Assembly: GCA_963842525.1 (NCBI GenBank)
Contig: CAWJGT010000009.1
Coordinates: 1,760,001-1,824,000, forward strand
Reading direction: 5' to 3'
Source of the DNA: an uncultured Holophagales bacterium
Lineage (GTDB): Bacteria; Acidobacteriota; Thermoanaerobaculia; Multivoradales; UBA5704
Length of the DNA stretch: 64,000 nucleotides
The position numbers and the translations under genes are program-made. Shown piece after piece: positions 1-8,287 of the stretch (positions are counted from its first letter, which is position 1; each line of letters opens with the position of its first letter). A model generated the notes under the pieces. The model did no database searches. It had not been told where the DNA came from and saw only the letters and a program-made list of their open reading frames with translations.

Positions 1-3
1 CAT

Positions 4-3000
4 GTGGAGCACGGCAGCCTGTCGGACCGCTGGCTTCGGAGATCTCCGGTGCCGCCGGCCACCTCGGAGGGCCGCGGCCTCGCCTACGGCATCCTCGGCC
101 CCTGGCTGCGTCTGCGCCGGCTCCTGGCCTCGGTGGGCGAGGCCGAGTGGGAGCGCGCCCGCGAGGCTGCGGAACGGCTGCGGGGGGGCTCCGACCACCT
201 CGTCCTCCGCGCCGGCCTTGCCTATCTCTTCCCCGACGTCCCGGAGTGGGCCGAGGAAGAGGCGCGGACGACCCTGGAGCTGGGCCACGCGCTGGCCCAT
301 GCCGGTTGCCTCCTCACTTCTGTGCGCGACGGCGATCTCCTGGAACGCCTGATGGGCCTCCACCGCCATCCCCACACCCTCGTGCCCCGGGTGGACACGG
401 CCCAGGACGAGCCGGACGTGGCCGGCGTGGCGCTCTCCATGGCGGAGGGGGCGGGGCCCGCGGCGGTGCCGGCCCTGGAGAAGCTCCTTATCCTGTGCCC
501 GAACGCGCCGCAGCGCCGGGCCTGCGCCGAGGCCCTGGCCCTCCTGCCGGACGCGCGGGCCGTCGCCGCCCTGACCAGACGCAGCGACCTCAAGGAGGTG
601 GTCCCGTCGGCGACCGAGGCCGCCCAGCGCTTCCCGCGGCTGGCCCTGCCGGCGCTCGCCGCGGAGGTGGCGCGCGGCGGCAAGACGGGCAAGGCGTGCG
701 ACCCGGTGCTGCGCCAGCTCGTCCTCCAGGACCCCGGCCTCGGCCGGGAGCTGCTCCCGGCGCTGCCCGAGGCCGCCCGCCGCCTCCTCGAGCCCCTGCT
801 GGGACGGGTTGCGCTCGCGGTCGTGGACGCTCCCCCCGAGGCCCTGCCGCCGATCCTGGTCCAGCCGCCGTGGATCGAGCCGACGCCTCGCAGCACCGCA
901 GTGCAGGAGCTCCGCCTCGATCCCCTGTCCCTTCCGGACACCATGGCCTGGAGAGAGGGGCAGCGGGAGGAGTGGCTCGCGGCGCCGATCCAGACCGGCG
1001 ACATGCTCGCGACCGTCGTCGGAGGTTCCATCGCCCGGGAGCTGCGCGGCATGACCGACGAGGCGGCGCTGCGGGAAAAGATCCGGAGCCTCGCTCCCAC
1101 TGTGCAGTCGCGGCGCTATTGCAGCCCGGGGCCCCTTGCCCGGCTGCCTGCGCCGATCGGCGTGATGCTGTGGAACGAGATGCCGTCCGAAATCTGGTCG
1201 TTGACGGACTGGGACCGGATCGAGCGTTTCCTCGCGAGGCGAGAAATGGAGGCGCTTCCGGGGCTGCTCCGCTTTGCCGCCATCAAGCCGGTCCAGGGTT
1301 TTCCCCTGCTCCAGCCCTTCCGTGCGCAGACGATCGCGCCCGTGGCGGCGCGGGCCCTCTCCGGCAAGCAGGGACGGCTGGCGGCGCTGCGCTGGTTGCG
1401 GCTGCACGCCGAGCACGCGGCTGCGGCTCTGATCCCGCCGGCGGTCGGACCCGCGGGCGAGGAGCGGGACGCGGCTTCCGTCGCTCTGCAGCTCCTGGCC
1501 GGCCAGGGGAAGCGGGAGGTGGTCCTGGAGGTGGCGGCGCGCTATGGCGAGGAGGCGCCGGCCGCCGTGCGCGAGGTGCTCGACGACGAGCCCCTGTCCC
1601 GGTTCCCCCGCAAGCTGCCGCAGATGCCGGGCCTCTGGCAGCCGGAAGGCCTGACGCGGCCCCGGCTGCGCGGAGGTGACGCGGCTCTCCCCCTCGCGGC
1701 CGTCGGGCATCTCGGCACCATGCTCGCCTTCTCGCGCCTGGACGAGCCCTACGCCGGGCTGCGGCTCGTGCGGGAGGCCTGCGAGCCCTCCTCGCTGGCG
1801 GCCTTCGCCTGGGATCTGTTCCAATCGTGGCTGGCCGCGGGAGCGCCGGCCCAGGAGGCCTGGGCTTTCTACGCTCTGGGGCACCTCGGCGACGACGCCT
1901 GCGCGCGCCGGCTCGCGCCGCTGATCCGCCAATGGCCGGCCGAGGGAGGGCACACCCGCGCGGTCATGGGCCTGGACGTGTTGCAGGCGATCGGCACCGA
2001 CGTCGCCCTCATGCTCCTGCACGGCATCGCCGAAAAGGCCCGCCATCAGGGGATTCAGAAGGCCGCCGCGGAGAGGATCCAGGATCTCGCCGACCAGCGC
2101 GGCCTGACCGCCGAAGAGCTGGCCGACCGCCTGGTGCCCGACCTCGGGCTGGGGGCGGACGGCTCGCTGGTCCTGGACTTCGGCCCGCGCTCGTTCCGCG
2201 TCGGTTTCGACGAGCACCTGCGGCCCTTCGTCCGCAATACCGAAGGCAAGCGGCTGCCGGACCTGCCGAAGCCGAACAAGGAAGACGATGCGGGCAAGGC
2301 CGCGCAAGCCCAGGAGGCCTGGAAGGCGCTCAAGAAGGACGTGAAGGCATTGGCCGCTCTCCAGCTCCTGCGGCTGGAGCTGGCCTTGGCCGGACGCCGG
2401 CGCTGGGAGCCGGAGGTGTTCCGCGTCTTCCTCGCCGGGCACCCCCTCGTCCAGCACCTGGTGCGGCGCCTGGTCTGGGGCGCCTATGACGCGACAGGGG
2501 GCCTCCTGGGCACCTTCCGGGTCGCCGAAGACGGCAGCCTGGCCGATACGGCGGACGACCCCTGGAACCTTCCCGCCGGTCTGAGCGTGGGCGTGGCCCA
2601 TCCTCTCGAAATGGAAGCCAGCCTCGTGCAGCGCTGGGGCGAGGTCCTCGCCGACTACGAGATCCTCCAGCCCTTCCCGCAGCTCGGCCGCGACGTGTAC
2701 CAGCCCACCGACGAGGAGCGCACGGCGAAGAAGCTGCTGCGCTTCGAGGGGCTGGAGGCCTCGACGGGCAGGGTGCTCAAGCTGGTCGACCAGCGGGGGT
2801 GGCGCCGCGGCCCGACCGGCAACAAGGGCTACATCTGGTACTTCGAAAAACCGCTGCCGGACAGGATGCACCTGGTGCGCCTGGAGCTCCAGCCCGGAAT
2901 CAGCGTCGGCTCGCCGATGGAGGAGCCGGAGCAGACCCTCGGCCCGGTGATCGTCAACCGGCCGGGCGCCTGGGTGGACGAGGGCACGCTCGCCTTCGGG

Positions 3001-3060
3001 GAGCTGGACCCTGTAGCCTTCAGCGAGCTGGTGCGCGACCTGGAGATGCTGCGGGGGTGA
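4..3060 (+). CDS. DUF4132 domain protein (YehI/MolR-like), possibly 5'-partial
   Basis: C-terminal motifs LADRLVPDLGL, HPLVQHLVRRLVWG, VAHPL, LADYEILQPFPQLGR and FSELVRDL are typical of DUF4132; first gene of a yeh-like operon. Confidence 0.85.
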   Translation: MEHGSLSDRWLRRSPVPPATSEGRGLAYGILGPWLRLRRLLASVGEAEWERAREAAERLRGGSDHLVLRAGLAYLFPDVPEWAEEEARTTLELGHALAHAGCLLTSVRDGDLLERLMGLHRHPHTLVPRVDTAQDEPDVAGVALSMAEGAGPAAVPALEKLLILCPNAPQRRACAEALALLPDARAVAALTRRSDLKEVVPSATEAAQRFPRLALPALAAEVARGGKTGKACDPVLRQLVLQDPGLGRELLPALPEAARRLLEPLLGRVALAVVDAPPEALPPILVQPPWIEPTPRSTAVQELRLDPLSLPDTMAWREGQREEWLAAPIQTGDMLATVVGGSIARELRGMTDEAALREKIRSLAPTVQSRRYCSPGPLARLPAPIGVMLWNEMPSEIWSLTDWDRIERFLARREMEALPGLLRFAAIKPVQGFPLLQPFRAQTIAPVAARALSGKQGRLAALRWLRLHAEHAAAALIPPAVGPAGEERDAASVALQLLAGQGKREVVLEVAARYGEEAPAAVREVLDDEPLSRFPRKLPQMPGLWQPEGLTRPRLRGGDAALPLAAVGHLGTMLAFSRLDEPYAGLRLVREACEPSSLAAFAWDLFQSWLAAGAPAQEAWAFYALGHLGDDACARRLAPLIRQWPAEGGHTRAVMGLDVLQAIGTDVALMLLHGIAEKARHQGIQKAAAERIQDLADQRGLTAEELADRLVPDLGLGADGSLVLDFGPRSFRVGFDEHLRPFVRNTEGKRLPDLPKPNKEDDAGKAAQAQEAWKALKKDVKALAALQLLRLELALAGRRRWEPEVFRVFLAGHPLVQHLVRRLVWGAYDATGGLLGTFRVAEDGSLADTADDPWNLPAGLSVGVAHPLEMEASLVQRWGEVLADYEILQPFPQLGRDVYQPTDEERTAKKLLRFEGLEASTGRVLKLVDQRGWRRGPTGNKGYIWYFEKPLPDRMHLVRLELQPGISVGSPMEEPEQTLGPVIVNRPGAWVDEGTLAFGELDPVAFSELVRDLEMLRG

Positions 3061-3080
3061 TGTAATCATCGGAGAAGCCC

Positions 3081-4196
3081 ATGCCCAAACCGAAGCCCGC
3101 CCCCACACCCGCGATCCCGGACATCCAGCGGCCTCCCGCGGAGATCCTCTATGCCGACGAGCTGGAGCGCCTGAGGGCGGCCGACGAGGGACCCCGGCCG
3201 CCGGGATGGCAGCTTTCGCTCCACGGGGTGCGCCGGTTCGTGCTCGGCGACGAGAAGCTCCGGATACGCCGCAAGCTCGTGGGCAACCCGTCGCTCGTCG
3301 ACCGCGCCATGGTCACCCTCGCCACCAACCGCGGCCTGATGCTGGTGGGGGAGCCGGGCACGGCCAAATCGCTCCTTTCCGAGCTGCTCGCCGCGGCCGT
3401 CTCGGGGTGCTCGACCCTGACCATCCAGGGCGGGGCGTCGGTCACCGAGGACCAGATCAAATATTCGTGGAACTACGCCCTCCTCGTAGCTGAGGGACCG
3501 AGCCAGCGCGCCCTGGTGCCGGCTCCGCTCTACCTGGGCCTCAAGCTGGGCCGGATCGTCCGCTTCGAGGAGATCACCCGCTGCCCGCTGGAGGTCCAGG
3601 ACTCGCTGCTGGCCGTCCTCTCGGACCGCGTCCTCGCCGTGCCCGAGCTGGAGGGGGCGGACGGCATGCTCTTCGCCCGCGACGGATTCAATCTGGTGGC
3701 CACGGCCAACACGCGCGACCGCGGGGTCAACGAGATGTCGAGCGCCCTCAAACGGCGCTTCAACTTCGAGACGGTCTTTCCGATCGCGGACTACGAGACC
3801 GAGCTGGCGCTGGTGCGGGAGGAGACGGAGCGGCTGCTCCAGCGCTCGGGCGTGCCCGTGGCGCCGGACGACAAGATCCTCGAGGTCCTGGTGACCACCT
3901 TCCGCGAGCTGCGCTCCGGCGAGACGCAGGACGGGCAGGCCATGGAGCGGCTGAGCACGGTCCTGTCCACGGCCGAAGCGGTATCGGTGGCCCATGCGGT
4001 CGGTGTGCGCGGCTGGTTCCTGCGCGGCGGCCCGGGGGAGCCCGCCGACGTGGTCGAGTGCCTCGCCGGCGCGGCGGCCAAGGACAACCTGGAGGACCTG
4101 AAGCGCCTGCGCCGCTATCTGGAGCAGCAGGCCAACCGGCGCCAGGGTGACCACTGGCGCCAGTTCTACGAGGCGAGGCACCTGCTGCCGGGGTGA
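3081..4196 (+). CDS. yehL: MoxR-type AAA+ ATPase, YehL subfamily
   Basis: Walker A GEPGTAKS, RFEEITR, TANTRDRGVNEMSSALKRRFNF. Confidence 0.9.
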   Translation: MPKPKPAPTPAIPDIQRPPAEILYADELERLRAADEGPRPPGWQLSLHGVRRFVLGDEKLRIRRKLVGNPSLVDRAMVTLATNRGLMLVGEPGTAKSLLSELLAAAVSGCSTLTIQGGASVTEDQIKYSWNYALLVAEGPSQRALVPAPLYLGLKLGRIVRFEEITRCPLEVQDSLLAVLSDRVLAVPELEGADGMLFARDGFNLVATANTRDRGVNEMSSALKRRFNFETVFPIADYETELALVREETERLLQRSGVPVAPDDKILEVLVTTFRELRSGETQDGQAMERLSTVLSTAEAVSVAHAVGVRGWFLRGGPGEPADVVECLAGAAAKDNLEDLKRLRRYLEQQANRRQGDHWRQFYEARHLLPG

Positions 4197-4203
4197 GGCC
4201 TCG

Positions 4204-6636
4204 ATGGCCCTCCACATCATCGGCGTCCGCCACCACAGCCCGGCCTGCGCGCGCCTCGTGGCGCACGCGATCCGCACCCTGCGGCCCCGCCATGTCCTGA
4301 TCGAAGGCCCGGCCGACATGAACGGCCGGCTGGACGAGCTCCTCCTCGGCCACGAGCTGCCGGTCGCCCTGTTCACCTTCTACCAGAGCGAAGGGCGCAA
4401 CCACGCCTCCTGGACCCCGTTCTGCCGGCACTCGCCCGAATGGATCGCGCTGGACGCCGCCCGGGAGGTGGGAGCCCAGGCCTGGTTCATGGACCTGCCG
4501 GCCTGGTCCGAGGCCTTCGCCGGAATCCGCAACCGCTACGGCGACCACCCCCTGGACGTCCGCGCCGAGCAGTACATCCGCGCCCTCTGCCGGCGGTTCC
4601 AGGTCGACGACTTCGACACCCTCTGGGACCATCTCTTCGAGCAGCCGATGCCTCTTTCCGAGCTGGCGGCGCGGCTGGAGGAATTCTTCGAAGGCGAGCG
4701 GGGCGAGGGGGAGGCGGACGAGCGCGACAGTCCGCGGGAGGCCTTCATGGCGCGCTGCCTGAGCTGGGCCCTGGCCGACACGGAGCGGCACGGGGGCGAC
4801 GTGGTGGCTGTCTGCGGCGGCTTCCATGCGCCGGCATTGCGGAGCCCTCACCCCCGGCCCCTCTCCCACCCGCACTCCCATCCCCCGGGAGAGGGGAGCC
4901 CCCACCCAGGAGTATCCGAGGAGGTGCATTTTCCCCCCTCTCCCGGGGGGCTGGGAGGGCGGGTGGGAGAGGGGGGCCAGGGGGGTGAGGTTTTCCCTGC
5001 CCCGCCCGCCCCCGAAGTAGCCGCCCGGCACGGCACCTACCTCGTGCCCTACTCGTTCCAGCGCCTCGACAGCTTCGCCGGCTACGAGTCGGGCATGCCG
5101 TCTCCCGCCTTCTACGACGCGGTCTGGGAGCGGGGACCCGAGGACGGGGCTGCGCTGCTGCTGCGGCGCTCCGTGGAGCGGCTGCGGGCGAAGCGCCAGC
5201 CTGTCTCGGCGGCCGACCTGATCGCCTGCTCGACCCTGGCTGCCGGCCTTGCCCGGATGCGCGGCCACGGCTCGCCGGCCCGCACCGACCTGCTGGACGG
5301 TGTGGCCGGCGCGCTCGTCAAGGACAGCCTGGAGGCGCCGCTGCCTTGGAGCTACCGGGGGACGCTCCGGCCGCGGACCGACCCGCTCCTGGTCGAGGTC
5401 ATGGCCGCCTTTTCGGGCGAGAAGGCCGGCCGGCTGGCCCTCGCGACCCCGCGCCCGCCGCTGGTGGACGACGCCGTGCGCCAGCTCGCCGAGCACGGCC
5501 TGACCCCCGAGCGCGTGCCCCGCACCGTGGAGGTCGATCTCACGGACGAGGCCGGCCGCACACGCAGCCGCATCCTCCACCGGCTGCGCGTCCTCGGCAT
5601 CCCCGGCTTCACCCGCCTCAGCGGGCCGGAGCCGGCGACCGGCGCCGAACTGAAGGAAACGTGGATGATCGAGGACGTTTTCGAGCGCGAGTCCGCCCTC
5701 ATCGAGGCCGGCGCCTGGGGGGCCACCCTGGAGTCGGCCGCGACGGCGCGCCTGGAGGAGGCACTGCTGGACGCCGGCGGACAACTCGCCGTGCTCGCCC
5801 GGTTGCTGACCGAGGCCGTCTTCGTGGGGATCGCCGGCCTCGGCCTGCGCGTCCTGGAACAGGTAGCCAAGGCGGTCCACCAGGAGCCCTCCTTTGCCAT
5901 CCTGGGCCAAGCGGCCGGCCTCCTCCTGGCCCTCTGGCGTCATGACGTCCTCCTGGGAGCCCGTGGCGCCCGACAGCTCGGCCTGATCCTCGAAGCGTCC
6001 TTTGACCGCGGCCTCTGGCTGGTCGAAGGCCTCCAGGGACCCACCGCGCCGGCCGACCCGGAGGAGCTGAAGGGTGTGGCCGCCCTGCGCGACCTGGTCC
6101 GGTTCGGCGCCGGCCGGCTGGCCGTGGACGGTGGCCGGGCCGCGGCGGTGATGGAGCGCCGTGCGGCCGACTCCGAAGCGCCTCCTGCGCTACGCGGTGC
6201 GGCCATCGGCTTCCTCTGGAGCCTCGGGCTCTTCGCCGACGAGGCCGAGGCGCAGGCCCAGGCCGAGCGGGCCGTCCGCAGCGCAGCGCGGCCGGAATCG
6301 TTCGGCGACTTCCTGGCCGGGCTCTTCGTCCTGGCGCGGGAAGAGGTTCTGCACGCCGAGAGGCTCCTGGCGGCTGTGGACGCCGCCCTGTGCGGCTTCG
6401 GACAGGAGGGCTTCCTGATCGCTCTGCCCGCCCTGCGCCTGGCCTTCTCCTTCTTCCCACCCCTGGAGCGCGAAGCGATCGCCCAACTCGTCCTGACCCT
6501 CCATGGCAGCGATCCCGCCCGGGCCGCCGGGATGCTGAAGCTCGACATACCCGCCGAGGAGGTCGCACGTGGCCTGGCCCTGGAATCCGAGGTCGCGCGC
6601 ATTGCGGCGCGGTATGGGTTGGAGGAGGAGGCGTGA
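4204..6636 (+). CDS. yehM: YehM / DUF5682 family protein with an in-frame palindromic insertion
   Basis: N-terminal IGVRHHSPACAR, LIEGPAD, GGFH and YLVPYSFQRLDSFAGYESGMPSP; ATG at 4204. Confidence 0.85.
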   Translation: MALHIIGVRHHSPACARLVAHAIRTLRPRHVLIEGPADMNGRLDELLLGHELPVALFTFYQSEGRNHASWTPFCRHSPEWIALDAAREVGAQAWFMDLPAWSEAFAGIRNRYGDHPLDVRAEQYIRALCRRFQVDDFDTLWDHLFEQPMPLSELAARLEEFFEGERGEGEADERDSPREAFMARCLSWALADTERHGGDVVAVCGGFHAPALRSPHPRPLSHPHSHPPGEGSPHPGVSEEVHFPPSPGGLGGRVGEGGQGGEVFPAPPAPEVAARHGTYLVPYSFQRLDSFAGYESGMPSPAFYDAVWERGPEDGAALLLRRSVERLRAKRQPVSAADLIACSTLAAGLARMRGHGSPARTDLLDGVAGALVKDSLEAPLPWSYRGTLRPRTDPLLVEVMAAFSGEKAGRLALATPRPPLVDDAVRQLAEHGLTPERVPRTVEVDLTDEAGRTRSRILHRLRVLGIPGFTRLSGPEPATGAELKETWMIEDVFERESALIEAGAWGATLESAATARLEEALLDAGGQLAVLARLLTEAVFVGIAGLGLRVLEQVAKAVHQEPSFAILGQAAGLLLALWRHDVLLGARGARQLGLILEASFDRGLWLVEGLQGPTAPADPEELKGVAALRDLVRFGAGRLAVDGGRAAAVMERRAADSEAPPALRGAAIGFLWSLGLFADEAEAQAQAERAVRSAARPESFGDFLAGLFVLAREEVLHAERLLAAVDAALCGFGQEGFLIALPALRLAFSFFPPLEREAIAQLVLTLHGSDPARAAGMLKLDIPAEEVARGLALESEVARIAARYGLEEEA
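4846..4990. repeat. CCTCACCCCC...GGGGGTGAGG palindromic element (family A) inside the yehM reading frame
   Basis: Inverted arms CCTCACCCCCGGCCCCTCTCCC / GGGAGAGGGGGGCCAGGGGGGTGAGG; same family as at 6641, 20824, 22977, 58746 and 59753. Confidence 0.85.
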
Positions 6637-6640
6637 GGGA

Positions 6641-7165
6641 CCTCACCCCCTGTCCCCCTCTCCCATCGCCCCCCCACCGGCCGGGAGAGGGGGGACGTGG
6701 TTGGTGCTCTGAGAGAATAGCTGGCAGTTGCTTCTCCGCGCGGGCTCGCGCTTGCCCACAACCCAAGCCTTCCAGGCCGGCCCAACGGGCCGGGAGACTC
6801 CAGCCCAGGGCTGAGGCCGAAGGCCGATGCCCTGGGTCACAGGGCCCACGTTCAGGCGGCCTGAAAGGCCGCGAGACCTCTGGGCTGAGCCGACTCCGGC
6901 AGCCACTCTCGCGGGCCTTTCAGGCCGCTGGGTTTGATCACCTCTCTGCCCAGGGCATCGGCCTTCGGCCTCAGCCCTGGGCTCCGTTCTCCCGGCCCGT
7001 TGGGCCGGTGGAGAAGAAATTTGCGCGCCGCACGAGGATTCCCGGATGTAGTAGCTCAGAGGCTCTCCGTTTAGAGAGATCCTCGACCTCGCCTCAGAGC
7101 ACCAACCACGTCCCCCCTCTCCCGGTGGAAGGGGGGGCGATGGGAGAGGGGGACAGGGGGTGAGG
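6641..7165. repeat. Family A palindromic element with ~73-bp terminal inverted repeats (MITE/REPIN-like)
   Basis: 6641-6713 is the near reverse complement of 7093-7165. Confidence 0.9.
6777..7008. repeat. Family B multi-hairpin REP-like element nested in family A
   Basis: CCGGCCCAACGGGCCGGGAGA...CAGCCCAGGGCTGAGGCCGAAGGCCGATGCCCTGGG and its mirror; inner GGCCTGAAAGGCC / GGCCTTTCAGGCC; second copy at 60721-60920. Confidence 0.85.
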
Positions 7166-8287
7166 TCTATTCCACCCCCCCTCGAGCGCTGGCGCCTCGT
7201 CCTCGGCGCACCCGCCGATCCGGCGCTCGGCTGCCCGGCCGGCGACCTCCAGGCCATGGACTCCGCTCTCGGCTGGCTCTACGGCCGGGAGAAGGGCCTC
7301 GCGGCGCGCGACGTCGACGAACGGTCCGGCGGGCGCGAGCCTTCGGCCCTCTCCGTGCCGGAGTGGATCGACGAGGTCCACCGCCTCTTCCCCAAGGAGA
7401 CCATCGAACGCCTGGAGCGCGACGCCATCGAGCGCTATGGCATCGACGAGGTGGTCACCAACCTGGAGGTCCTCGAAAGGGTCGTGCCCAACGAGACCCT
7501 GCTCGCCGCTGTCCTGCGCACCAAGCACCTGATGAACCCGGACGTCCTCGCCCAGGCGCGCCGGCTGGTGGCCGAGGTCGTGCGCCGGCTCCTGGAGGCG
7601 CTGGCGCGCGAGGTGCGCCAGGCCTTCGCGGGCGCCATCGACCGCCGACGCCGCTCGGCCCAGCGCTCGGCACGGAACTTCGACGTCCGGCGCACCCTGC
7701 GGGCCAACCTCCAGCACTGGTCCCCCGAGGAGCGCAAGCTCTACCTGGAGAAGATCTGGTTCTTTGCCCGCATCCGCCGCTTCACCGAGCCCTGGCAGAT
7801 CGTCCTGCTGGTGGACCAGAGCGGCAGCATGGCCATGTCGGTGATCCATTCCGCGGTGACCGCGGCCTGCCTCTGGGGCCTGCCGGGCATGAAGACCCAC
7901 CTCGTGGCCTTCGACACGTCCGTGGTGGACCTCACCCACGACGTGAGCGACCCCGTGGAGCTGCTGATGAAGGTCCAGCTCGGCGGCGGCACCGACATCG
8001 GCCAGGCGGTCGCCTATGCCGAAGGCCTCCTCGAAACGCCGCGGCGCTCGATCGTCGTGCTGATCACCGACTTCTACGAAGGGGGTCATCCCGACCTGCT
8101 GATCCGGCGGGTCAAGGCTCTCTGCGAGCAGGGCACGAAGGTGCTCGGCCTGGCCGCGCTCGACCCGGACGCGAACCCGGTCTACGACCGCGACTTGGCG
8201 GAGCAGCTCGTCCAGGTGGGCGCACAGGTGGGCGCCATGACCCCGGGCGAGCTCGCCGGCTGGATCGCGGAAAAGGTGCGGGCATGA
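7160..8287 (+). CDS. yehP: VWA domain protein (YehP / CoxE-like)
   Basis: RWRLVLG start, MIDAS DQSGSM, GGGTDI, ITDFYEG. Confidence 0.9.
   Translation: MRSIPPPLERWRLVLGAPADPALGCPAGDLQAMDSALGWLYGREKGLAARDVDERSGGREPSALSVPEWIDEVHRLFPKETIERLERDAIERYGIDEVVTNLEVLERVVPNETLLAAVLRTKHLMNPDVLAQARRLVAEVVRRLLEALAREVRQAFAGAIDRRRRSAQRSARNFDVRRTLRANLQHWSPEERKLYLEKIWFFARIRRFTEPWQIVLLVDQSGSMAMSVIHSAVTAACLWGLPGMKTHLVAFDTSVVDLTHDVSDPVELLMKVQLGGGTDIGQAVAYAEGLLETPRRSIVVLITDFYEGGHPDLLIRRVKALCEQGTKVLGLAALDPDANPVYDRDLAEQLVQVGAQVGAMTPGELAGWIAEKVRA

Noticed and set aside
3760-5943. Long antisense or alternate-frame ORFs (also 24074-27118, 39016-41991, 50734-52383, 17603-19261)
   Set aside because: Shadows of GC-rich genes on the other strand; no recognisable motifs
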